A stretch of DNA of 64,000 nucleotides from Phoronis australis (Eukaryota; Animalia; Phoronida), in assembly GCA_002633005.1 (NCBI GenBank), contig NMRA01000328.1, positions 190,674-254,673 of the forward strand, given 5' to 3'. The notes under the pieces are model-generated. The model searched no databases. It was not told the DNA's origin and saw only the letters and a program-made list of their open reading frames with translations. Positions 50,145 to 63,828 of the stretch are shown here, one piece after another. A program made the translations under genes and the position numbers. Each line of letters begins with the position of its first letter. Position 1 is the first letter of the stretch.

Positions 50145-50907
50145 CATGGATCAGACTTCCCGGCGACGCCACGACACCGGCCACCGTGGCGGGAGCAGCT
50201 AATTTCATAACTAACACCTGCTACTAAATCTGGATTTAAGCAAAATGACGAAGTCCACGCATACACACATGCAAGCGTATCCAAATACAAGTAAATGCAT
50301 TTTCATGTGAAACCATTCAATGTTCTTTGAACATTAACTTGTGTGAGTTCTTAATTTTCTTAGATCTGCCAAATCAGGTAGAACCAATGAGATATATAAC
50401 TCATTGGGTAGAACTGTGTTTCAAGTCATTCACTATAAGGCACCTGAGGGAAGCTCGCGCCGTATGACGTCGTATGACGTCATACGACATAGGAGATGCG
50501 AGCCTCATTTGCATATAATAGTGACATCTGTTGGTTCAAAAAAGAGGATCATGCCCGAGTACATGCCTGGGAAGAGACATCTTTTGGAAGGGTAAAACAA
50601 GTCATGTTCAAAGCATCCTAGTGCCATTAATATGCAGTCTTTGGGGACCAAAGTGGTGTCATTTTATAGATAAAGAGTTAAGCTTTCAAACACAATGCTT
50701 GGATTGCAGACGACTTTAACATTTACGTTTGAAATCACCTTTGAAAACATGTTAAAATGCGCTAAAACAGTTGTCCCTTCCTGGTTATCTCTTCCTGTTA
50801 AAAGTCATCAATGCTTCAGCTATTTTAGCGTTAGAAACAGGATGTGGGCCATCACATTTCTCAGAAACGGTGAGGCTGACACAAAATTTCTTGGAAACAA
50901 GTCATAC

Positions 50908-50989
50908 CTCAAGAATAAGGGCAGTAAAGAGGTTAAGAACTAGAATGACAGACAGCAGCCACCATACGATGAAGTAGATCATAGACCAT
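50908..50989 (-). CDS. TPCN2: TPC2 exon (IIS6)
   Basis: tttcag acceptor, gtatga donor, 82 nt. Encodes WSMIYFIVWWLLSVILVLNLFTALILE (human [27 protein letters not shown]). Confidence 0.96.
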
Positions 50990-51439
50990 CTGAAATGTAA
51001 ATAGAGTAAGACTGTTTTACACAAACGTTATCAGTAATGCAGAACTAGTCATTGACAGGCAGGTCAACGATCTTTTGTATAGCACTAGGAACTAAGTCTT
51101 AAAACAACATTGATTCAAATTCATAAAACTTAGCAACAATAATCATCACTGGCAATGTCATAGTGTTTATGTTTTTCAGTTTTGCTATTGATTTTAGAAT
51201 GTCTTAACTTACTGTTTCATTTTTTCACTGATGTTTGGCTTAGAATCATTTACATTATTATTTTATAATTCTGCAATTCCATTGCATAATTCATTTCATA
51301 ATTTCAGTGTATAATGTAATAATTTTTCATTTATTTCGTTCATGTCACGTACGTAGAATTTATTTCATATTTCTCTCTAGGCCCTATTGGAAATCAGTGT
51401 TCACACAATGAAGAGCCCACCCAGGCGTAAATACACTTC

Positions 51440-51548
51440 AATAATAATAATTATAATAATTATACTAATGATAACATTGATGATGGTGATAGTGACGGTG
51501 ATGGTGAAAGTGATGGTGCTGGTGATGATGATGATAATGATAATAATT
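51440..51548. repeat. (ATA)/(ATG)/(GTG) low-complexity microsatellite
   Basis: Read directly. It explains the spurious poly-I/M/V ORF at 51387-51611. Confidence 0.85.
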
Positions 51549-52858
51549 TACAAGACCGTTGTAAGTATAACACATACAAGCCCAATACAGCAAATGATTC
51601 ATTTTTCATAGTTCCCACTCATATTGTTTTCATTTCCATAAACTTTCCACCATATAACTTTCATTTTCCAAGACTTATTTTTCCCACTACAAGCAAAGCA
51701 CAATAAGATGTGTTAATTAAATCATTGTTGCCAAGCAAGCGTCTGGGTGCCTAAACTTGCAATGGGACTAGCCAAGTCAGGGTTGTTTTATTCTATGAAT
51801 ATCAACCTAATTATGACGTGTCCATGCATGGAAATGATTTCTATCATTTTCCAGGCTTTCTAATGAGAGACAGCCATGTTGTTGCTTTACACAAAGTAAT
51901 CATAAGCCCACATTCCATGCAAGAAACAAACCTTTCATTGTTACGTCCAGTTATAAAATTGACCTCAACTTGTTCGGCACGCAAACAAGAAGTGATTTGT
52001 TATCTTGTAAAGAACTGACAGTTCATTTTTCATGCCTTGATATCACCTTTAATTTGGCTATGGAACAATTTGAGACCACTTTGATGTTGGTAAGTCGTCT
52101 AAATCACAAGTTGGTTTCTGTCACCATTGGAAGACGTGTTAATAGTAGTTATGAGTAGATGTACGATCACAATGACGACATACAACAGAACAATCCCCTC
52201 ATATATGTAACTAATATACTGCTCACACCAAAGTGCTTGGAAATTTTAAAACTGTCTATAAGGTTATAACTCTCGGTCAGAACACAATCAAACACATTTT
52301 AAAAATTAACTGCAGCACAGATATAACCCTCTGCAAGGGTAGTTTAGTCAGAGGTTATAACCTTTATATTTGACAGTAGCGCCACCTACGGAGTTATAAC
52401 TGTTGCATGTAGTGTTAACTATTCCCGTTGGAAACAATGGCACACCAATGCACTAACTGGGGTGAATGGCAAAGCGATTGACAACTAGTGACAAAAACCA
52501 TGAATAGGGTTACAATAGTTTCAACTGTTTGAGTGAGCGGTAACCATTACATAACAGTTACAACTATAGAAATAGTGAAGACCAGATTTAGTTGGTCTGA
52601 ACACAGCTTCACATAGTAAATGTTGCAATAAACACGCATGAAATACCATGAAGATTTGAACAGCATTAAGCAAATGAGCTTCTCCTAACAAAGAGGTGAA
52701 CGCTTCATGAAAGACATCATGCCTTGTATTTAGTTTTCATCCTTAATCTAATGATGATTCAAAGTGGCACATGTAATTGTGGGTAAAGTCACTAGTATTG
52801 TACTAACAACAATATATTCACAAGTGAAGTCTTACAAACATTTCAATTACTAAACTTA

Positions 52859-53011
<153 letters not shown>

Positions 53012-54335
53012 TCAAACAGGGACTAATGAACCAATGTCAAATGTTCAGTCATAAAAACAGCAGACAGCCAAATGTTAACTTTAACCGTGAAAGTCCTGGG
53101 GGTTCTCTTCCACATACTGGGTAGGGATGCCACCATACAACTAAAAATCAAAGAATACATTGGCAAAACCAACAATGGGCGCCCAAGATAATGTCGCTTT
53201 CCCACAACTCCCGTTTTGAGGAGTTTGGCCAATAGACATGCATAAACCCTGTCATCGCACCTCCTGTAGAAATGCATAAACCCTGTCATCGCACCTCCTC
53301 TTAAAATAAGTGGATTAAACTTCGGAGCTGTGAAAGTCCCCTCTAGTGAGAAAGGAAGAGCAACCACTACAGGTTGTGACAGAAAACACATGTATTCAAC
53401 TGACAGGTGATTAAATGCACCACCTGGTGTTTTAACCAGAGAACTAGTAATAACTGCGACGTCATTTACCAAAGAGCAGTTAGCGGTAAAGTAACGGGAG
53501 TTATGATGGACTTTTGATAAGGGCTGTTCCAGTAAAATCTGTATGGGAGGGGGGGAAGGCACCTTTTTTTCGCACCCACCACCCATATTTTTCATTTATT
53601 TCTTCAGCCTACCACCCGTAATTTTTTATAAGTTTGAAATGCAACCACCCGTAATTTTTTTTTTTGTTCTTGTGGTTGACTGCACAGGCGCTTGAGTTTA
53701 TCTGTTCCTCCATCACCACTAACGTCATTCATTACTAAGAAAACATATGTTTCTTATATATGGTTAATAGCCATCGAGAAATTCGAGCACCTGTGGTTAA
53801 ATGGTGTTATGGGCATGCCGATGAGGAGATCGGAGGGAGTGAAAGTCGGAGCTTTTTGCAAGTTGCATTTTTGTNCAGGTTGTGACAGAAAACAGTGTGA
53901 ATTAAATGCACCACCTGGTGTTTTAACCAGAGAACTAGTAATAACTGCGATGTCATTTACCAAAGAGCAGTTAGCGGTAAAGTAACGGGAGTTATGATGG
54001 ACTTTTGATAAAGCAGGGAAGTGACACAAGAAATGAAATTACCAGTCAATATTTCTTTCATTTACCCACCCTAGACAATACCAGGATGTCAAAATACTCT
54101 TCCGAGAAGATATCTGAGGTTAAAGTAGCTACTGGAGACACTACCAAGGAGCAAAATACCTACCTGAGTTGACAGCATATCCCTACCAACCCCCTGTGGG
54201 ATAACCCTGTGAAAGTGCCTTAAATTTTTAACAGGGTCACATCTTAACATACACAACTGGTATTATACCAACACAATGTAACATAAAACGTGTAAGCCAT
54301 CTTGTATGTGATTCATCTCCAGCCTCAATACTAAC

Positions 54336-54415
54336 ACGTTGGTCTTGTTGCCAGGATACGTGATGACTCCTTCAAACAGTTCCATGCCCAATATTGCATA
54401 AGAATAGTAGAGCAC
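54336..54415 (-). CDS. TPCN2: TPC2 exon (IIS5)
   Basis: tttcag acceptor, gttagt donor, 80 nt, phase 0 to 2. Encodes VLYYSYAILGMELFEGVITYPGNKTN, including an N-glycosylation sequon NKT. Confidence 0.92.
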
Positions 54416-55195
54416 CTGAAACCAAATGTGCAATTCAATTCAGTTCAGATAATTTTAGGGCAAGACAATTTTGACTGGATTTTTGTTTTGTAAAAGGTCA
54501 GAGCCTTAGCGACAACAAGGGGACAGATTTCTGGAGGCAAGTTATTTATCTTTTGGAAGTGGTAACGTGGCAATTAAATGAGATTTTACTACCATCTTAC
54601 AGCCTAAAACTGAACATCATGAAACGGACTTTTTAAGCACTCTACAACAACAAACTTGTAATTAAAATTTTCTACCATCAAAAGAAACTGAGGGTACACT
54701 TGTGATTAACACAAAGCGGCCCAATTTCCACAGAACATTCACTGCATTTGCATATAAAGAGTGTCAAAGAGCCATCTGTTTGACAAGGTTGCCCAACATT
54801 TCCAACCTTATCAAACCGGATGGCTTTTTGACACTTTACTTGACTGTATGAATAATCTGTAAGGGGATGCAACTGTTTGAGACATATATGGGGTGGTTAA
54901 GTTTCCTGGTGTTGAATAACTGTTTTCTGCAGTAAGAGAAGAGGTGTTGATGGATTTTAGCAGTTTACGTTAACAAAGTAGTCCTGGCACTTCAATGTTT
55001 TCTCATTTCAACATGTAACTATGTCTATCACTTAACGATCCTGTCACTCCATTCAAAAGATTAATGCACACTCATCCATAAACTTACAAACAGTAAGAAG
55101 TGAGAGAATATGAGACAACAGAATGCAATTGAATAAACCATTAAAAACCTCTAAGGAAGCAAAATGATTTTTCTTACGTGCTGTTGTGAGCTTAC

Positions 55196-55267
55196 CACAA
55201 GAATGCCACCGAATGCCTTCAAGTTACGGATAAGATCCAGCAATGTGTTAGCCACCATGGACATGGT
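55196..55267 (-). CDS. TPCN2: TPC2 exon (IIS4-S5 linker); not in the ORF track
   Basis: ctgtag acceptor, gtaagc donor, 72 nt. Encodes TMSMVANTLLDLIRNLKAFGGILV (human [24 protein letters not shown]). Confidence 0.95.
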
Positions 55268-55667
55268 CTACAGAAGAAAAAGATTCCTAACTTACAACAG
55301 TCTGTTATAACCATAACTGAGATTTAATTACACAAACCTAGAAACTTGAATGGAATTGGAGAAATGATCTGGAGACAGCAGCTATTCCACACTATCACCA
55401 TTTGTTGAAATTCAATTATTCACTTAATAGTACATGTAATGCCGAACCACAATTTATTACAAACAACTTCAGTGCATGTTCAAAGCAAATTGCCTTATAC
55501 AAATCTTTGTTGTAATTAGCATAAAGTGAATTTGAGAAAAAGGAAGCATGTCTAACCTTGTGCAAACACGAAAGTGCCAGTGGCCACCAGAGGGGGTACA
55601 AATGTCCAATACAGATACTATAGCAATACAAGAGCGTCGGTGCCTAGGCATACAAAACAACAATCAC

Positions 55668-55773
55668 CTTTATTGCAGTAATGATTCTAAACATGCGAAC
55701 TAGTATGAGGATATTGATGATGCGTACAAGGTCCCACAATGATATCACTGTCTCAACGTTGTTCATGACAGAC
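55668..55773 (-). CDS. TPCN2: TPC2 exon (IIS4)
   Basis: ttttag acceptor, gtgatt donor, 106 nt, phase 2 to 0. Contains ISLWDLVRIINILILVRMFRIITAIK (human [26 protein letters not shown]). Confidence 0.93.
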
Positions 55774-56089
55774 CTAAAACAAAGAAACAACAAACTGAAT
55801 GTACTCAATTTGCAACCATAGTATGACATGTTTTGTATAGTAAAAAAGGAACTAGTCAAGTTAAAACAGTTTAAAGGTCCACTTACACCAATTTTATCAA
55901 GAATATTTTAAAAAAATTAACAAGAAGAGAAATCTGTGGGATTAAGGACCAAAAAATAGCATCTAATGACCTACAGCTGGAAGTAATAGTATTATTCACC
56001 AAACAAAAAAGAAACTTACAAACACCAGTTCTGCAGAGACTAAGACTATTGTTTAAGCAATCAAACTATTCATGTGCAAGTTAACTTAC

Positions 56090-56145
56090 GTATCATCACT
56101 ACCCATAAATGGAGATCCATAAATAAGGTAGAGACATTCAATTAT
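56090..56145 (-). CDS. TPCN2: TPC2 exon (end of IIS3)
   Basis: ttccag acceptor, gtaagt donor, 56 nt, phase 0 to 2. Encodes IIECLYLIYGSPFMGSDD. Confidence 0.85.
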
Positions 56146-57516
56146 CTGGAAGAGCCAGAGACACAAATCAATTGAATGCTGGGAACCAATATCAACATCG
56201 TATAACACAAAATGGATATTGGCGACATAAAATACATCCATAAGCCATAGGAGGTATACACTTTTGTCTGTGTTTGTATTCAAGCAGTTCAATATGTCAC
56301 TGATGTTGTTTTTTCAATGCATAGTGGGACATTAGTCAGCTCACAAACATCCGGTGAGATCCCACATGAATTGTGGGTAATTCGATTTACAATTTGAACT
56401 TGACGACAAGTGTCTCGATATCCTTTCATGCAAAAAACTTGCTAATACATAATTTATGCATTTTGAGGCTCAGTTTCAATCACGCATTTTTGTATGATGG
56501 TTGTTCAGTCATACTCGCACTGAACAGTATGTTGTAGCGGACCCATGCTTTCATTTCTGGTGCCCTCTAGTGACAAGTATTGTTGTCCATCAAAGACCAC
56601 AAATTGTCTTTGATGTCAGTGTAAGTTTATGGGTCAACAACCATCCCACAATGCATATGAAAAATGACAGCAGTGCCACAGATGAAATTCTCCAATTTAG
56701 CTATAAACAGATTTTGGTCACAAGTTTTCAAAACAAAGTCACAAATGAACCAAACACCAAACAAACAGGTTTTGAGTGTAATATCGGGCATTATTACAAA
56801 TAATATTGAGAAGCTGCATAAAAACATCACTTGTGTCTACGAGGGTAATATGCCTAAGCTCCTGTGCAACTGATGTACACTGAAACAAAATAGATGGCTG
56901 GGGATGGGCTTGTCATCTCAGTGCTTTCCAGGTGTTAACAAGACAAAACCTGTACAAGGAATGCTGGTACACCAGACTGCATTACTAGTTGGCTAGCAAG
57001 ATACACGAGCCCGAAGACAGGGAAGCCTGAGGTGTGTTCATAGAACTAGTTTCTTGCAAGAAAACCAAAAAACTCGAAAGACTGTTGCCATGTATTGCAA
57101 GCGAAGTACGTTATTACATTAACTTCCTTAGCTAGATTCTTGCGTCTATGAAACTCAGCCCTTGTCTCCATGCTCACAAATTTGAAGAGCATTCTTTTCA
57201 ACGGTTCTTTTGGCAAGAACAAAATTCTTTTTTCATGAGCTGTACTTGTGTTCTCATGCATCACAATTTATCACAAACAGGTTTTTTTTTCAGGAGCCAC
57301 CTTTTTTCATATAATGATGGCAGTGTTAAGCAAGAGCTAGGTACAGGCTATCAAAAGACTTTGTACACTACAAGATGGTCCAACTGGCTTGTCAGGAAAG
57401 AAGTGATTTCCTAAGAAAGGAATTTTGATGCACACAGGAAATATAGATTGTAAGAAAGATCTGCGTTCATGAGTGCAGAAAGCTGGTTATCCCATAACTC
57501 TTTCATAAATTCTTAC

Positions 57517-57702
57517 CACCAACAATATCGTGATAAGCCCGTCGAATACATTAGCAACGTCCCACATATAGAGTCTCCAGCCAAGCGCCCATATTTTTAG
57601 ACACATCTCGATTAGATAATACAAGATGAAGACGAGATTAGTGACACCTAGTGACAAGTCTTCCGCTTCCATGCGACCACCGATCTTACCATCCAGCTCC
57701 AC
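57517..57702 (-). CDS. TPCN2: TPC2 exon (IIS2-IIS3)
   Basis: caccag acceptor, gtaaga donor, 186 nt. Contains LVFILYYLIEMCLKIWALGWRLY...NVFDGLITILLV (human VFIVYYLLEMLLKVFALG...NVFDGLLTVVLL). Confidence 0.95.
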
Positions 57703-60433
57703 CTGGTGGGGAATACAAAAATATCAAGTAAAGGTAACAAGAACAAGAACCAGTAAAGGTAGCTGTACATACTAAATAATTATACAGCTTTGCGCCAATG
57801 TGAGTAAAAAATGGCCAAATTAAATCTGACAAAAATTAGTGTCATTAAAAACTACAATCTTCCTTGAGTAAACTAATTTATCGGTGTTGCAAAGAATGGT
57901 TTCCTACCATTATTTTTTGCTGAATCTTCTGTCAACAGTTCTTCTTCCGCAATATTGTGTACATGTCACAAAAAATTATTGGAATTGGTTTCATTTTGTT
58001 TTTTAGTTAATACCAGCAAACCTAATTTCAAAACAAAACTTAGCTGCTATGAAGCTGCCCTCATCTCCCGAGAGATGTTGCAAAAAATTAGGAAATGGCG
58101 CGTATGTGTGTCACAAGCATACTGTTTTCAAAACAACGACAGAACTTTTCGTTGCTACAAAAGGCTGAGAATTATGCATTGTGTTTATTCGATTGTTTTC
58201 ACTTACAAGGCTGCAAAGGGCAGGGTAAGTGTCTGTTGACTCCCAGATTTTGCATGCACTCCAGCCAGTCATTAACCTTACATGTTGATACAAGTTTCAC
58301 GGTGAGGTAACGAGCAGAACTACCCAGGCTGAGTAAAATTTTGGGGTCAAACGGAGCTCAACACGCAGCGGTACCTAGCTAGCTGTATTTGACAATAGTC
58401 TTCATACAGCTAGCTGGCTAGCTACAGTGAAGGTTATTCATTCAGACATCAGAACACCAAGATCTTTGAACACACTTATTAGATTGATCAGCACTATTTG
58501 TGTGGAATATTAAGTATTCCTGAAACCGTACGTTGACGTCATAATAATACGGTACTATTCACAAACTGTCAGACACGTACATGCCTATTAAACTTTTCAT
58601 TTGTGTGGCCTGTTGACACAAATTGTATAGTTCTTGCCTGTGAAAGTGCTGTGGATAATTGATAGAAACTCCTCGATGAATTCTTCTCTGTTAGTTTTTG
58701 GAATCCATTCATCGATAAATGGCTTTATAACCGGAACACTTGAGTCAAAGATTTGGAGATCGAAACCAGCAGTAATGGTACCATCAGTAATGATTGCTCA
58801 TAATCCAAGGCCTGGAGAGGATACCCACACACCTTAATTTGTGAATTAAGAGCACACTTTCACATTGTGTTTTAATGACAATGTCGTAAGACTTTCACCA
58901 TGTTACAAAAACCACCCGTTTAGCAAAATCCAGATGACAGTGTTTTTTAAATCAAGGCTGGATTCATAAGTAAGTGCTCTTTTGTCCAGCATCCCAACTT
59001 CTAGACCACTTATCTCCCGTGATTCAAAGAGTTACTAAAACCATTTGTCAACAGGCACAAGAGAACTAAAACCTAACGCATCTATTTTGGCCAACTATTG
59101 TATATCTTTGGGTAAAAATTGATCCTCATTTAACTTTTTACAAGGAATTCAATTTCAGAAGTCAAACCAATCTATTTTAGCCACCGTTTTATTGGTGTGA
59201 AACCATCATAGCTAATGCGGTAATTGCTTTACTCCAAACAACAGGTCCTCAAATCATATTCCCTGATAAATAGGCCTCTTGATGACAGTGGGAATTGTAT
59301 CAAACTCTTGACCAAGGTGCCATGAAATGCAGTCAGATTCCAATGAGCTGTGGCCATCAAACTATTTTTCCGAGGAAAGTGTCATAGAACGAGAATACCA
59401 CCATCAAGGACTTAAGCACAATGTGAATAAAAGTCACCAAATGTCCAATACAAACAACAACCAGACAAAATGGGGGGAAATTTGGAGGCAAGCTCAAAAG
59501 CAAAATATCAGCAGAGTCACAGTCTCAATAGTGTCAACAAACTCTGAGTTACAAATACAAAACTAAGAGCTAATCCAAAGTGTCCCAAGAAATTACCCAC
59601 CAGAGCTTCGCATACAAAAAACGACAACAAAGTTGTTAAACAGGTGACAAAAATGAATATTCTACTCTGCAGACAAGATGAGCAATTGTGACATAAACAT
59701 TTTGGGAAATTGCAAGTTTCAAAATGGAATCCTTTTATCTAACAGGTCACTTTGAGTCTTAACGTTTGTCAAAACATAAAATGTCCCTGAATTTTGTTTG
59801 AAAGAAATGTCTTGCGAATTCAGCTGAACAAAACACGTGTGCCACCTGCGTTGAAATCCGTCTTTTTCAGTATAATTTAAGGAAGGATCACAATACAAAA
59901 CATTAGTCACAATTTCAAAATTATAACTAAATACACTTTGTAGAGGCCATCCCTTCATAAGCAGTCTAGAAGACAACCAATGTGGCATTACTGCAGTATC
60001 AAGTGAGTTATTTTACAGCATGCAGACGAAATACAACACCAGTTGAAATATGACACTAGAAAACTGAGCAAATAGCTGCATGTGACTACATGAATGTTTA
60101 AGCGTGTGATTACATCAATGTGTATGCATGCAAGAGTATAAGTTACCACGTGATTGAGTGCAAGTTTGTTAAGCAACATGGAATGTGCTATTTGTAGTGA
60201 AACGCAATTGGTTGACTAACTTTATTCTCTGCCCAAAATACGAAATTGATTATCTGTAGGAAATAAAAAAATACATTAAATATAATTACGCTGAAAAACA
60301 AAAAGCAAAAATTAAGGATCAGCCAACTGATTTAGCAGAAAGTTATCAATAGAGTAGTTTGTAGATATTTGATTTGACTCCACACACTAACTGATATGCA
60401 GCACAAACAAATAAAAATGCTCATCATACTCAC

Positions 60434-60553
60434 AGATATGCATATCACATTGACAATGGCCACAGCACAGCCAAACAGTGTGAACCACTTATGTGACACG
60501 ATAGTCTGCAGTACGTTGAGACATGGTCGACGCGTCCACACCATCAAAGGTTT
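60434..60553 (-). CDS. TPCN2: TPC2 exon (IIS0-IIS1)
   Basis: ttccag acceptor, gtgagt donor, 120 nt. Encodes KPLMVWTRRPCLNVLQTIVSHKWFTLFGCAVAIVNVICIS. Confidence 0.9.
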
Positions 60554-61232
60554 CTGGAAATTTGAAGACATGTGAATGGAGTTTTATACATTTTACTCAA
60601 TGACTTTTCAAGTTAGCAAAAGGGCATTAGTACACCATTAAACAAAGCAAGACTAATAAAATGGAACGGGCAACCATTGTTTGTACAAAGAACAATATCA
60701 TAAAGAAAAATATAAACAAATACATATCATTCAAGCGCTGCCAGCAATACACAACCTTACCAGGAGGTAAGGTAATTCAAGCTTGAAATTCAATCAATAT
60801 GGCATGCTTGATCAAAAGCAGCTGAGTACAATTTTAAGGCATATCTTGTTTGCACATTAAGACATACGGCAGATTTAGAATCTTGCATCACTTTGAAAGC
60901 AGCCTGCCACACACTGCACTGTTTAAAGGAATATTGAGTGCGGTTTTAAGTAACATGACTACTACCTTGGGACATCCCATTTCACACGATTTGATTTAAT
61001 TTTAAGATGGTCTCAAAATCTAGTCGTGAAATATGACAAGTTAACATTTCCTGTTTTAGTAAGATAATCCAGGGGTGAAAATGAAGGCTATAGGTGTTAT
61101 TCGTCTTCATTTTATCTTACTTTGAAATTTTCCACATTTGACCTGTTGAAGCTACACTCAATATAACCTTAATAAAAAGTTTACAAAACCCAGAACACTC
61201 AAGCTGGGGGTGCTGGAGATAATGCTACCCAC

Positions 61233-61404
61233 GTCTCTGAGGTTATAGTTCTTCTCCAGGACACAGAACACATCCTGGAAGCTGACTGCATCCAAGTACT
61301 TGTTCTTATTGGCTGCCAAAGCTTTGTATATGGCAGTCTTCTCTTTCTTACGTAGGTTGGTCCTGTCCACAATACTCTTGACCAGGCCGGCGCGGATGGA
61401 CTCA
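61233..61404 (-). CDS. TPCN2: TPC2 exon (EF-hand-like cytosolic linker)
   Basis: ttgcag acceptor, gtgggt donor, 172 nt, phase 2 to 0. Encodes ESIRAGLVKSIVDRTNL...LDAVSFQDVFCVLEKNYNLRD, aligning with LSAEEFQKLFNELD. Confidence 0.85.
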
Positions 61405-62169
61405 CTGCAATCAAAAATAATGGCTACTGATGGCAACCAATGTCAGCGGGCTGTGACAAGAAAATTGTAGACATAACTCTAGTATTAATGTGGCAACCTG
61501 GGCTGTACACCAGCAATAGTTTGATTGAGGGTTAAATTAAAGAATAGCTGTCCAAAGGTACATTAACCTTATCACTGAAAGAGAAAATAACACCAGTAGC
61601 TACAATGCATGTAGTAAATATATCTGTTATATATATACAGCCACAATATGCACAAGTTAAATGGCTTCATGCAGAGTGTAATTGGCCGAAATGGGCAACA
61701 TTTTTCCTAACAACTCTGATTGAAAATAATTGACTTTTTAAATTCACTCGACTTATTCACAACTAAGTTGCATTGTAAAAGTAACTAACTCTTTGTTCCA
61801 TTTTGCCTAACTTGCTCATGTTGCATGACTCTTTGAGATTTTGGAGAAAATGACCTATTTCAAACCAACCCCATAATTAAATTTTTCTTACAAAAATTCA
61901 AGTTTACAACCTCATTTTTAGCCAAACTGCAAAAGTTCCAACTTACGAAGCAACTGTCATTGGTGAGCGAAAGTCAAGACTGAAAATAAAAACGTAGCTA
62001 TAAAGCTCAATCGTAATATCAAGTATATCAGTTACAATAGAAACAAAACAGAACTGTCCAACAGCATTTTCATTTTTTACCTGCCTGGAAACAAAAACAG
62101 GAGTAACACAAAGCGTTGAAATCCGCCCACGACAGCAACGCAAAACAGTGTGCTTCTAGGGGTGTTTTA

Positions 62170-62870
62170 TAGTGCCAGACACTAGGTGGCGCAGAATACG
62201 TCAAATTCATGCCAAAATGGATAGATGCTATCACCATCACAACAGAAACTGGTTTACCACATTTCAATAAAAATTGTCAAAGAACTCTGAAGATAAAGAT
62301 GCTAATATAAAAACTAAAATTGCCACTAGGGGATACACCTTTAGTCAGAACCATCCAAAATTCTTAGGTAGCTGTAGTCACATTTATAATACAAACCTAA
62401 TTCTTGCAAAATTTCACCTTTCAAAGGAGTAAGGAGTTACAGCTGAGGAGGCAAAAATGACAAAAATAGTCACCGGGAAGCGTCACAGTTGTCAAATCCA
62501 TCCACAAATCAACGTCTTCTTATCAGGAACAAAAAATGCACGCAAAAATAAAAATAGCCACTAGGTGATGCAAAAATACATCAAATCCATAAGAAAATGA
62601 ACGACTATCGTCATCTCCTTAATAGAAACCTATCTGCCAAGTTTCACGAAAATCCATCGACGAACTCCTAAAATATGAGGCAACCGTAAAAAAACTAAAA
62701 TTGCCACTAGGGGAACAGCGGAAGACGGATCGGTCTGAAAGTCGTAGTTGTCATCCTGCCAAATCTAATTACGATCCAGCAAGGGGTTTAGGAGATACAG
62801 CTGTGGACGCCAGACACCCAGACGGAGATGACAGTAATATGCACCCACATATTTGTATGTGGGTGCAAAA
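62170..62870 (+). mobile_element. Helentron/HINE-like repeat (copy 3) with intact 3' hairpin
   Basis: Same modules. Terminal 12-bp stem TGCACCCACATA-TTTG-TATGTGGGTGCA (62840-62867) followed by an A-run. Confidence 0.65.
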
Positions 62871-63715
62871 AAATAGTCAAAAACAGTCTACTTACCCCTA
62901 AAAATCAATCTCAAACTTTTGTTACAATGACAGGATTTTATATTTAATGCAAGTATCATCCCATACATGCGATTGGGTAAAATTTGATGGTTTCAATTCA
63001 ATTAGGGGTTATCTCTCAATTTCAATGAACGCTGGATACTGATACAATCAACACCAGGACATTCTAGACAACACTCTAGATTGACAGGCTCAATTAGCAA
63101 TTTTTGTGCTTTCCCAATTACAGAGTGCTAGGAAAAAAAAATTGTTTTTACCTTTTGGCACAATGTGGCTAAGAGATAATTACATACAGTAGATTTCAAA
63201 CATGCCACTTCGTTTTACACGGAGATCCTGGTTACAGGCATGTAGAAATACCTAGGACCAGCTTCTGGAGACTACGGCACAAGGATGTCTAACAGTCAGA
63301 GCTCTGGGTGGATGTACCTCCCAATGTACATCAGTCACAGAATTATTATTATTATTATTTCATCAGTGTGACCAAATAAACACCACCAAACTACGAAGCA
63401 TTTCAGAAAGAGGACACTTCTTTGTAAGCATGAAAAGAAACTAAAAATGTTTTCTATGACTGCCAACACCTAATCCATGAACTTGCACAAACCAATGGCA
63501 ACTGGTCCCATGGCAGCAACGACAACTGCTGACACCTGGCAATGCGGGAAGGTATTTCTACCTCACAATGGTTGGCATTAAGGAGCAGTTATGACACTAA
63601 GGAAACAGTAATGGTGAACACAGGACAAGTACCCTAAGTCATTGGTCTCATGTGCAATGTCGCCATTGGTTCATGACAATTCCCGTTAGGCTCGGTATTT
63701 GCCTTGTTCACTGAC

Positions 63716-63828
63716 CCTGAGGAAGTGGAAGAAGACATTTGTTGATATCGCAGTGTCTTCCTTCGAAGTACTTCAAAGGCAGCGCGTATACCCACGCGTC
63801 TGCGGAAAAGACTGGATTGAATCGAGTC
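63716..63828 (-). CDS. TPCN2: Two-pore channel 2 exon (end of IS6/linker); upstream exons lie outside the window
   Basis: tttcag acceptor and GG|gtcagt donor. Encodes DSIQSSLFRRRVGIRAAFEVL, matching human TPC2 [21 protein letters not shown] as recalled. Ends in phase 2, compatible with the next exon. Confidence 0.9.

Noticed and set aside
50920-50936. GGCAGTAAAGAGGTTAA resembling a TTAA-transposon terminus
   Set aside because: It is TPC2 coding sequence (LNLFTA) on the minus strand.
63634-63715. ORF extension SVNKANTEPNG...MT* beyond the first TPC2 exon
   Set aside because: It lies past a phase-compatible GTCAGT donor and ends in a stop, so it is treated as intron.
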